DNA of 42,193 bases from a virus. Lineage: Duplodnaviria; Caudoviricetes. The stretch lies in the IMG/VR virus record IMGVR_UViG_3300017910_000112, positions 1-42,193 of that record, one strand, 5' to 3'. The notes under the pieces were generated by a model. That model did not search any database, was not told where the DNA came from, and saw only the letters and a list, made by a program, of their open reading frames with translations. The translations under genes were made by a program, and so were the position numbers. Below, piece after piece: positions 7,762-14,401 of the stretch (position 1 is the stretch's first letter; every line of letters begins with the position of its first letter).

Positions 7762-9405
7762 TTAATATCCAAAAGTATTGTCAGCCGGTTGATACAATTC
7801 TGTTTTAATCTTTAACATTCTATCGTAAGGATGGTCCATCTTAGGTCGACTCATTATCATATAACGTAATGCATCATATGCGTGGTCAGCCGAATGTGTA
7901 TCTACATCCTCCGGATTACTTTTTGATAAAGGCAAACTTTGTAGCTCTTTTATCAAGTTTGTACATGTATTAACAATTTGTAGTCTAGGTCTACCGGTAT
8001 GTCCTGCTCTCAAATGTTCATGTATTTGTACTTTACCAGCTACTCTATTCTTATCTGCTCGTCTTAGTTTATGTCCTTTGTTAACTAAGATTTCACCGAT
8101 AGTTGGTCCACTATATCCTGTTCTAGACCAAGCTGCTGTATCAAGTACACCACCTACGGATTTAACTTCATCTTCTTCCATTAAAGTTATCTTGTCAGCA
8201 AGTGCTTCCCCAGTCAGACCCTTTTCGTATAACTCTCTATATATGATGATGGTCTTGTCTTCAGGGTCAACTGCTGCCCATAAGCAACAACTTTCCGAAG
8301 CGTATCCATAGTCAATTCCTTTTACACGTTCCCACCAAGTTGGTATTTCAAATGGTGGTATAACATGTACACCCGGCTCAAACTCTGCGAATGCTGCTCC
8401 TTCAGAGATATCCCAGTTACCTTCCAGTAATTGCTTACGCTGTACTGGTGGTAATGAGTTAAGCATTCTCTCATATTCACCGTCTTCAGCAAGAAACGGA
8501 TTATCCTGTAATCTTGCCGGAATAAACTTTCTTGTTAAACCATCAGAGCCTTTAAATGTTTTATTCTCTTCTGACGGGTCAACGTATCTTTTTTTGACCC
8601 ATTGTGCTCCCACTCCTCCGGGGTTTGCAGTACAACGTAAATACGTTGGTAAGTTTGGGTCAGTTGTTCTTAACCTAGATGCTAGATAATTCCAACCAAA
8701 CTCTGTTGGTAAATGTGTAATTTCATCAAAACCAATCCAACTATATGCTTGACCTTGATAACGATACACATCTGCATCTCGTTCCAAAAATCCAAATTCT
8801 ATTTTAGCTCCACTAGGGAATTGCCATAGCTTTTCTACTTCTTTGAACTTAGCTCCTTTGAATGCTTTTGGATACAATTCACGAGACTTATCTATAAGTT
8901 CTCTAAGTTCTGGCATTGACCTTCTTAATATTAATGCTCTATGTGCACTAATGTGACAATACCTTAGTGGGTCAATAAGCATTGCAAAGCTTTTTCCCCC
9001 ACCGGCTGCTCCCCCATATAAAACATCTTTTTCTGAAGCAGCTAAAAAATCTGTTTGTGGTCCATCGTTAGGCATAAATGCCACATGTGAACCTGTTTCA
9101 TCTAAATGTTTTTGTATTTGTTCTGGAAGAACTTTAGTATCTTCCTTAGTTAAAACATTTGATGTTAAGGCTTTTTCTTCACCTTGTAATTCTTTTTTAA
9201 CTTTTGCTAAACTTCTAGTTAGCTTTTTTACTTTGCTAGTTTTTTTATCTAGCTTCTTTTTAGCTTGTATAGCTAATTGAACATCAGACAATTCTGAGTT
9301 CTTAGGTCTGCCACCTTTTTTACGTGGAGTACCGTCTTTGTTAAGTATATAGCTCCCATCGGAGTTTGTCAAGTACTTTTCAGGATTTTTTTCCCAGTCT
9401 TTCAT
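7762..9405 (-). CDS. terL: terminase large subunit
   Basis: Walker A GGAAGGGKS, Walker B IGFDE, ANPGG, nuclease GIDYG and DHAYDALRY. Confidence 0.95.
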   Translation of the reverse strand: MKDWEKNPEKYLTNSDGSYILNKDGTPRKKGGRPKNSELSDVQLAIQAKKKLDKKTSKVKKLTRSLAKVKKELQGEEKALTSNVLTKEDTKVLPEQIQKHLDETGSHVAFMPNDGPQTDFLAASEKDVLYGGAAGGGKSFAMLIDPLRYCHISAHRALILRRSMPELRELIDKSRELYPKAFKGAKFKEVEKLWQFPSGAKIEFGFLERDADVYRYQGQAYSWIGFDEITHLPTEFGWNYLASRLRTTDPNLPTYLRCTANPGGVGAQWVKKRYVDPSEENKTFKGSDGLTRKFIPARLQDNPFLAEDGEYERMLNSLPPVQRKQLLEGNWDISEGAAFAEFEPGVHVIPPFEIPTWWERVKGIDYGYASESCCLWAAVDPEDKTIIIYRELYEKGLTGEALADKITLMEEDEVKSVGGVLDTAAWSRTGYSGPTIGEILVNKGHKLRRADKNRVAGKVQIHEHLRAGHTGRPRLQIVNTCTNLIKELQSLPLSKSNPEDVDTHSADHAYDALRYMIMSRPKMDHPYDRMLKIKTELYQPADNTFGY

Positions 9406-9649
9406 ACTTCTTATCTACGTATTTTTTTAATCCCATACGAGACATTTTTTTACCTGTCTCTGCTTCTAACCAATCAACACCTATACCTAAACTAACTTCG
9501 CCTAAGAAAACAGACTCCGCTACTTCATTTAATACTTCTATGTCTTCTGGAATAGCTTTTAAATAACCATCTATTAGTCCATCATCTTCGTAACCAAAAG
9601 GTACAGTTGATGATTTTCTACGAACATAGTTATCTGGAACTAACTTCAT
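9380..9649 (-). CDS. small putative DNA-binding protein (PFGY motif)
   Basis: Probable start ATG 9649 (MKLVPDNYVRRKSSTVPFGY...); HTH-like C-terminus; the track's longer start overlaps another gene. Confidence 0.6.
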   Translation of the reverse strand: MKLVPDNYVRRKSSTVPFGYEDDGLIDGYLKAIPEDIEVLNEVAESVFLGEVSLGIGVDWLEAETGKKMSRMGLKKYVDKKYERLGKKS

Positions 9650-9653
9650 ATCT

Positions 9654-9902
9654 TTAACTTGTTTTTCTATATTGTCTTGTTTTTTTAGCAATTCGTTTTG
9701 GTTGTTTAGAGAACTGTTTACCTTTTTTTGTATCGGCTCTTTTCTTTCTCGTTGATGCTGCATACTCTTGTGGCGATAAGGCTTTGATAGCTTTTTCAGG
9801 TAAATAGCGTTCCCCAGTTTCCGAGGATTTTTTACCACTCTTAGTTCTCCACTTTTGCTTGGTCCAATCCTTTAAACTACGCTGACTTTTCTTTAATCCC
9901 AT
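9654..9902 (-). CDS. basic protein, DUF5872-like C-terminal half
   Basis: SLKDWTKQKWRTK...RYLPEKA...KKR...GKQF. Confidence 0.65.
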   Translation of the reverse strand: MGLKKSQRSLKDWTKQKWRTKSGKKSSETGERYLPEKAIKALSPQEYAASTRKKRADTKKGKQFSKQPKRIAKKTRQYRKTS

Positions 9903-9993
9903 ATTCTTTCTCTATTTTTATAAACTCATTCCAACGATAAAACTTTTTAGTGTACGAACTCCAAAACCAACCCTCATACTTATCTTTTTCCAT
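9877..9993 (-). CDS. hypothetical protein (38 aa)
   Basis: [24 protein letters not shown]...; AGGAG SD before ATG 9993. Confidence 0.55.
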   Translation of the reverse strand: MEKDKYEGWFWSSYTKKFYRWNEFIKIEKEYGIKEKSA

Positions 9994-10273
9994 GCTGTCT
10001 CCTAATAGCTTCTTTGCCTCGTTTAGCAATGTTTGCTTGTTCTTGTTTGCCTTGTACCTTGGCTCTTTGCTCAAGTACAGTAAGTATTTGAATTTTCCGA
10101 GCATATGGTTTTTTAATCTTTTTAACTTTTGCGACAGTAGCACGAGCATCAGCAGGTGTTGCATACTTGATACTGACTGTATCTTTTGGGTTCTCATCTG
10201 TATATAGTCTTCTATCGCTACCTTTAGGTTTTTTACCTGTTCCTACTTTTGGGTCTTTTTTTCTTCTTGTCAT
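9980..10273 (-). CDS. Lys/Arg-rich hypothetical protein
   Basis: 97 aa; [23 protein letters not shown]. Confidence 0.7.
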   Translation of the reverse strand: MTRRKKDPKVGTGKKPKGSDRRLYTDENPKDTVSIKYATPADARATVAKVKKIKKPYARKIQILTVLEQRAKVQGKQEQANIAKRGKEAIRRQHGKR

Positions 10274-10391
10274 TTTTACCTGCTTTAGATAGTGCTATAG
10301 CTACAGCTTGTTTTTGAGGCTTACCCTCTTTTTTAAGCTTTCTAATGTTCTTTGAAATAGTTTTTTGACTACTTCCTTTTTTTAGTGGCAT
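10233..10391 (-). CDS. small basic protein (52 aa)
   Basis: Not in track; [39 protein letters not shown]...; a common phage microprotein pattern. Confidence 0.7.
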   Translation of the reverse strand: MPLKKGSSQKTISKNIRKLKKEGKPQKQAVAIALSKAGKNDKKKKRPKSRNR

Positions 10392-10494
10392 TTTTTTCTG
10401 TAATCGTATAAATTAAATTTACAACTATTTGCGACATAATAAAACCAAAAGTTAAACCAATAACAAAAGCAATAGTGTATAACGCTAATTCCAT
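10369..10494 (-). CDS. small membrane peptide (41 aa)
   Basis: [41 protein letters not shown]; weak SD. Confidence 0.45.
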   Translation of the reverse strand: MELALYTIAFVIGLTFGFIMSQIVVNLIYTITEKNATKKRK

Positions 10495-10534
10495 AATAAA
10501 ATGAGCAGTTTTGCTTCGTACTCAGGAAATAAAA

Positions 10535-10642
10535 TTAAGCAGCTTTGTCGTGCTTGACACCTCTATAAATCATCTGCTTGTTAGTTTTAACAGGCTTCTG
10601 ACTTTTTTGAGGAGCTACTTTTGTACCTCTATAAGTAAACAC
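10535..10642 (-). CDS. YRG-repeat peptide (DUF4278-like, 35 aa)
   Basis: GTG start after GGAGGTG SD; MFTYRGTKVAPQKSQKPVKTNKQMIYRGVKHDKAA; two YRG motifs. Confidence 0.8.
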   Translation of the reverse strand: MFTYRGTKVAPQKSQKPVKTNKQMIYRGVKHDKAA

Positions 10643-10693
10643 ATTCACCTCCAGTTTGCAATTAAATACAATGTACTTACGTACATCACCCAT

Positions 10694-10744
10694 TGCGTTC
10701 CTTCGATATTTCTATCTACTTCCGGCTTTTACAAGCTGAACGAA
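10694..10744 (-). ncRNA. glutamine riboswitch (glnA RNA motif)
   Basis: CGTTC-A-GCTT(GTAA)AAGC-CGGAAGTA-GATA(GAAA)TATC-GAAG-GAACG-CA: three-stem junction with the conserved CGGAAGUA / GAAGGAACG elements. Confidence 0.85.
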
Positions 10745-10837
10745 AAATCCTTCTTGATTATGACACTCTAATTGTTGTTGTCGTATACGTTCTTGTAGCT
10801 CTGCAAAGTCTACTTGTTGTTCTTTAGGTCGAGCCAT
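10712..10837 (-). CDS. hypothetical protein (41 aa)
   Basis: MARPKEQQVDFAELQERIRQQQLECHNQEGFFVQLVKAGSR; TAATG-coupled; its 3' end runs into the riboswitch. Confidence 0.45.
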   Translation of the reverse strand: MARPKEQQVDFAELQERIRQQQLECHNQEGFFVQLVKAGSR

Positions 10838-11022
10838 TATTTATAGCCACCGCCTTTAGCTTTATACTGTTTAGCCAACATCTGAGCTTTACGAGCAGAC
10901 CATTGACCCGGTTTACCACCTTTACTACCTGCTTTAATCTTATTAAAAAGATTCTTACGCATAGTAGGCTTAGTATAGTTTCCAGCTTTATTTACTGTTG
11001 ATTTACTTTTCTTTTTTGGCAT
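10837..11022 (-). CDS. basic protein, DUF5872-like N-terminal half
   Basis: Start ATG 11022 after GGAG; NYTKPTMRK...GSKGGKPGQWSARKAQMLAKQYKAKGGGY. Confidence 0.7.
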   Translation of the reverse strand: MPKKKSKSTVNKAGNYTKPTMRKNLFNKIKAGSKGGKPGQWSARKAQMLAKQYKAKGGGYK

Positions 11023-11155
11023 TCTTGTCTCCAAATATTTTATCCCAGTTATCATTAAACTGTTCATCAGATACTTGTTTAGCTCTAGCTTTGTTACGAG
11101 CCATTCTGTTACGTTTAGCTGCGGATTTTACTCCAAAGTGTCCTGCGTGTGGCAT
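11003..11155 (-). CDS. small basic protein (50 aa)
   Basis: Not in track; MPHAGHFGVKSAAKRNRMARNKARAKQVSDEQFNDNWDKIFGDK... Confidence 0.6.
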   Translation of the reverse strand: MPHAGHFGVKSAAKRNRMARNKARAKQVSDEQFNDNWDKIFGDKNAKKEK

Positions 11156-11156
11156 A

Positions 11157-11465
11157 TTACCATTTCACCTTATCTGCCCACCATGCTGCTGACATCTTGC
11201 CTTTAGCAATATTCTTAGCATGACGAGCTTTAAAAGACTTACGCTTAGCTTTCATTCTAGCAGACTCACCTTTTTTAGGAGCACCTGCTGTACCTTTTAG
11301 TGTACCTACCTTTTTACCCTGCTGACCAAACCTAATTGTTTTAATCTTGTCACCTTCTTTAGCAACAACAACATGCGACTTAGTTGGGTGCTTGGGAGTA
11401 CGTTTAGGTTTATTGTAACCTGATACTCCAGCTTTAGCTAGTCTTGGGTCTTTCTTTTTAGTCAT
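11157..11465 (-). CDS. Lys-rich hypothetical protein
   Basis: 102 aa; KTIRFGQQG...RKSFKARH...SAAWWADKVKW. Confidence 0.75.
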   Translation of the reverse strand: MTKKKDPRLAKAGVSGYNKPKRTPKHPTKSHVVVAKEGDKIKTIRFGQQGKKVGTLKGTAGAPKKGESARMKAKRKSFKARHAKNIAKGKMSAAWWADKVKW

Positions 11466-11665
11466 TAGTGTAATACCTCTGCACTATCTGCTTTATCTAT
11501 ATAATGCATTAAACCACCTTCAGTTACTATTTCAACAAACTCACCTACTAATATTAGGTTGTTGTATTTAGCAGCTTTTTCAGCTTCTTCCCAGTTTAGT
11601 GCAAGTATGTTTGGTCCTGCGTATATCTTACCATTATCTTCAACTTCTGTCAGATATATCTTCAT
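11465..11665 (-). CDS. hypothetical protein
   Basis: 66 aa; coupled overlaps with both neighbours. Confidence 0.65.
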   Translation of the reverse strand: MKIYLTEVEDNGKIYAGPNILALNWEEAEKAAKYNNLILVGEFVEIVTEGGLMHYIDKADSAEVLH

Positions 11666-12077
11666 AATCTTCCTCTGGCAATTCTATAGGTGCTTTATCG
11701 GGCATTAAAAAGATACCTGATGAGTTCACGCTATGATTAACATCTACCTTATCAACTTTAGAAACTCCAACTCTATCTAATAGTGTTTGAGCTGCTGCAA
11801 GTTTATTATTAGCTTGTACGATGGGTCTAGATGATTCCATAATCTCTACAAGCTTGAAGGCTGCCTTAGGTGCAGAATTTGCGAGTATCTCATTCGTGAG
11901 TTCAAGTATCTCATTCTTTAGAGACTTTACGACATGATGATAATGGCTAGAGTATCCAGCCAACTCGGCAGCCTGTTTAGCGTCTCCTTGTGTTTCTACT
12001 AGGTAGTCTAAAAAGGATTGCTGTTTTTCTGTTAGTTGCCTTTTAGTTTCATTAGCAACTGTTGGTAATATTGCCAT
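11640..12077 (-). CDS. putative terminase small subunit
   Basis: LTEKQQSFL...AKQAAELAGYS HTH pattern typical of TerS; first gene of the late operon. Confidence 0.7.
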   Translation of the reverse strand: MAILPTVANETKRQLTEKQQSFLDYLVETQGDAKQAAELAGYSSHYHHVVKSLKNEILELTNEILANSAPKAAFKLVEIMESSRPIVQANNKLAAAQTLLDRVGVSKVDKVDVNHSVNSSGIFLMPDKAPIELPEEDYEDISDRS

Positions 12078-12083
12078 TATCTT

Positions 12084-12111
12084 AGTATATAGTCGTAAAT
12101 AAATTTGTCAA
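12084..12111 (-). promoter_or_regulatory. sigma70-type promoter for the late operon
   Basis: TTGACA (12111-12106), 16 nt, TATACT (12089-12084), 6 nt before the terS ATG. Confidence 0.65.
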
Positions 12112-12116
12112 GTCTA

Positions 12117-12145
12117 TTGACAAAATGGATTCTCAACACTATAAT
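12117..12145 (+). promoter_or_regulatory. consensus sigma70 promoter
   Basis: TTGACA-17 nt-TATAAT, perfect consensus. Confidence 0.8.
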
Positions 12146-13128
12146 AACTTTAGTACCCCCCGGGGTACAATAGTATCCCCACAACAACCAACACCTTTTG
12201 AGTTGACCCCTTATGGGGTTTCAAAGACCCTTATAGAAAACCCCTCCTCTACACCTAAAATCCTTATATACTTTATAGCCCGACTGTAAACTAGAAAGTT
12301 ACAGGGTTGAGGCTATCTGGTTGACATGGGTTTTTTGTAATTTTGTATGAGTATTATATATATATGGGTAGAGGGTACACTGGCGACCTGCCTAGCCCTC
12401 AAGAGTTTTTATAAATCTTCGCCAGTATGCAGAACCAAGCTAAGAGAACCATAGAAACTTTGTAGTCTTTATGCGACCTACAGGAGCTAGAAGTTCTTCC
12501 TAGTACTTGGCAATCTCTACATCTTAGAAGAAACTTTTTAGACTTTAAAGTAACCACTTATGGCAACTAAGAACTTCTAACTCCTCCTTCACTTCGTATC
12601 TCCAGCAAACCAAAGTAGGGGCTATGGTCCTCTTAGCTACTTAGAAAAAACTTGTAATTTTCCTAGTTTACAATTCTCATAAGATTTTAAAGTCTTATAT
12701 GTCACCAAGTTTTGGTTCTGCATTTTCCCTCTACCCATATCATCCCAATGCTGACAGATTAACGACCTTTGTTGAATTGGTTATTTTCTTTTGGACTCAT
12801 CTAGTTCAGAAGCACATTACATCTTCCTCGGTCAGTTCAATTTTCATGCCAACCTATCGACATCCTTCTTTAAGCTTCTTTTCTGCAACTTAACCTTTAC
12901 CTCCGCAGATTACAGAGTAAGACTTTTCATACCATTGCCATACTTTAGGATTTGTATAATCTATAAATACTATCCGATTTAATTACAACTAGACTACCAG
13001 AGCCATAAAAACTATAAAGGGTTTCACAAGCTACTAAATTCTAAGCTCGAAGACTCGCTAAGACTTTAGTGCCCTTTACAGTTCTTATTAGACTCTGCTA
13101 GTAAGTTTACATTAAACACGGAGTATTT

Positions 13129-13335
13129 ATGATTATACATCTAAACTATGACAATGATGAAACTTACTACTGTATCTACGAAGGACAGGCTAAGCTTCTC
13201 ATTGAAAAGAAGTTTAATGAAGGACTTACTCTGGTTGGATTCAAGATTAAATCTGACCATGAGAAAGATGGTAATGTACATTCTAATTTAGATGAGTACA
13301 TTAGAAACTTAACCAATTCAGTCAAAGGAGGTTAA
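13129..13335 (+). CDS. hypothetical early protein (in right arm of rod)
   Basis: 68 aa; GGAG SD. Confidence 0.7.
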   Translation: MIIHLNYDNDETYYCIYEGQAKLLIEKKFNEGLTLVGFKIKSDHEKDGNVHSNLDEYIRNLTNSVKGG

Positions 13336-13336
13336 T

Positions 13337-13633
13337 ATGACAGATTGGGATAAAATCGCAGAGGAAAAGTCTGCAAAACCGGCAACTTGGGGACAAGTTA
13401 ATAAAATGGCTTATGAGTTTGCAATACAGAAAAATTGCAAGTTTCATTATAAACAGCTAAGAGGGCACTTCGCTACATACTTTGGTCTTACTGAAGATTC
13501 AAAGCCGAAGCAGAAGCAATACTTAGTTGCTCATAAGTTGGTTAAATTAGCATTGGCTAAAAAGCCACTTCCTAAGAAGCATGAGACTGCAATTCTCAAG
13601 TACTTGGAATCTCTTCAAGACACTGTAGTCTAA
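13337..13633 (+). CDS. hypothetical early protein (in right arm of rod)
   Basis: 98 aa; AAGGAGG SD; 'PATWGQV' motif. Confidence 0.75.
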   Translation: MTDWDKIAEEKSAKPATWGQVNKMAYEFAIQKNCKFHYKQLRGHFATYFGLTEDSKPKQKQYLVAHKLVKLALAKKPLPKKHETAILKYLESLQDTVV

Positions 13634-13637
13634 CCTA

Positions 13638-13681
13638 AAGACTCCCAAGTTAAATTAATAACTTAGCTTGGGAGTTTTTTT
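13638..13681 (+). terminator. Rho-independent terminator
   Basis: GACTCCCAAGTTAA...TTAGCTTGGGAGTT followed by a T-run. Confidence 0.8.
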
Positions 13682-13844
13682 ATGCTCAGATTTATTTTTA
13701 TAAGGACACTAAAGTGGCTTTTTTTTGACTCTTGGTGCTAGTCAGCTCACCAAGTTAAATCTTCGAGAGAGTTTAAAATTTGAGTGTAGAGTTGAGGCAA
13801 GGAATTTAAAAACTATGGCGAGTGTTGAGGCAATAAAACTAAAA

Positions 13845-13944
13845 AAGGTACATAAAATTAAACTGTACCTTAAATTTAACTGTACCTTTAAACTATTTTT
13901 AACTGTACCTTTTTCTGTACCTTTGTATAAAATATCTGTACCTT
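13845..13944. repeat. iteron-like CTGTACCTT repeats
   Basis: Five direct copies (13863, 13880, 13903, 13915, 13936) and one inverted (13845), followed by an AT-rich tract. Confidence 0.75.
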
Positions 13945-13990
13945 TAATTAAATTTAAACAATCATAAAATATTTATTAATAATTATTAAA

Positions 13991-14039
13991 ATTATTATTC
14001 TAAATTTGGGGTTGACAAGGGTGGTAGACTGTTCCCAGA
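13991..14039 (+). promoter_or_regulatory. 49-bp repeated promoter-like element, copy 1
   Basis: ATTATTATTCTAAATTTGGGGTTGACAAGGGTGGTAGACTGTTCCCAGA; 4 differences from copy 2. Confidence 0.65.
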
Positions 14040-14089
14040 AGTTTTCCCTGAGAACTTTTAAAGTTTATTTTTTTAACTACGGAGAAACT

Positions 14090-14377
14090 ATGAAAAATTT
14101 AAAACTTACCAAAGCACAGAGGGTAGCCAATAAAAAACTGGCTGATGAGTATAGAGCTGAGATTGCTAAATGCCCTATTGATTTTACCAGCGAGGTAGAG
14201 GCGATAGACTATTTAGAATCTAGAGGTTATCGATATTCGGAAGCTATGAATTTTAAATACGAAAAGCATATCGTGTATCGTAAAAGATTTAAAAGGGCTT
14301 TACTTAAAACTACTTTCAAATACTTATCGACTTATTCAATGGATAAGGGTAGAGTGTATGAGGTTACAATATTTTAA
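14090..14377 (+). CDS. hypothetical early protein
   Basis: ATG 14090 after GGAG; 95 aa. Confidence 0.7.
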   Translation: MKNLKLTKAQRVANKKLADEYRAEIAKCPIDFTSEVEAIDYLESRGYRYSEAMNFKYEKHIVYRKRFKRALLKTTFKYLSTYSMDKGRVYEVTIF

Positions 14378-14401
14378 TTAATTAAACTATGGAGATATAT
14401 T

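Larger units (their letters stand above)
12379..13755. repeat. giant imperfect inverted repeat (about 1.38-kb rod), apex about 13047-13056
   Basis: Collinear antiparallel complementary blocks, e.g. 12435-12444/13662-13671, 12563-12571/13522-13530, 12629-12638/13455-13464, 12773-12783/13310-13320, 12953-12961/13131-13139. Confidence 0.9.

Noticed and set aside
1546-9566. Plus-strand ORFs 1546, 3003, 4218, 4503, 7337, 8078 and 9366
   Set aside because: Antisense shadows of well-supported minus-strand genes.
9877-11192. Track ORFs 9950, 10511 and 10998 (+) and the long starts of 9877-10197 and 9380-9838
   Set aside because: Antisense or overlapping better-supported genes; shorter SD-led starts were chosen.
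12699-12982. ORF-track entries 12699-12893 and 12791-12982
   Set aside because: No SD and atypical composition; they lie in the complementary arm of the rod.
12379-13046. Left arm as a simple decayed inverted gene duplication (pseudogene) or assembly fold-back
   Set aside because: A fold-back artefact would be near-identical. Neutral decay would not give strand-biased wobble mismatches, evenly spaced interruptions or a second internal fold. Not formally excluded without homologs.
12379-13755. Integrated viroid-like/obelisk-type element
   Set aside because: Rod size is similar, but I see no ribozyme core or recognisable Oblin-type protein, and the genes have normal phage SDs and a terminator.
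13845-13944. CRISPR-like array
   Set aside because: Repeats are only 9 bp with irregular spacing (3-14 nt between direct copies).
13725-13967. 80-aa ORF
   Set aside because: TTG start without SD; its translation merely reflects the CTGTACCTT repeats.
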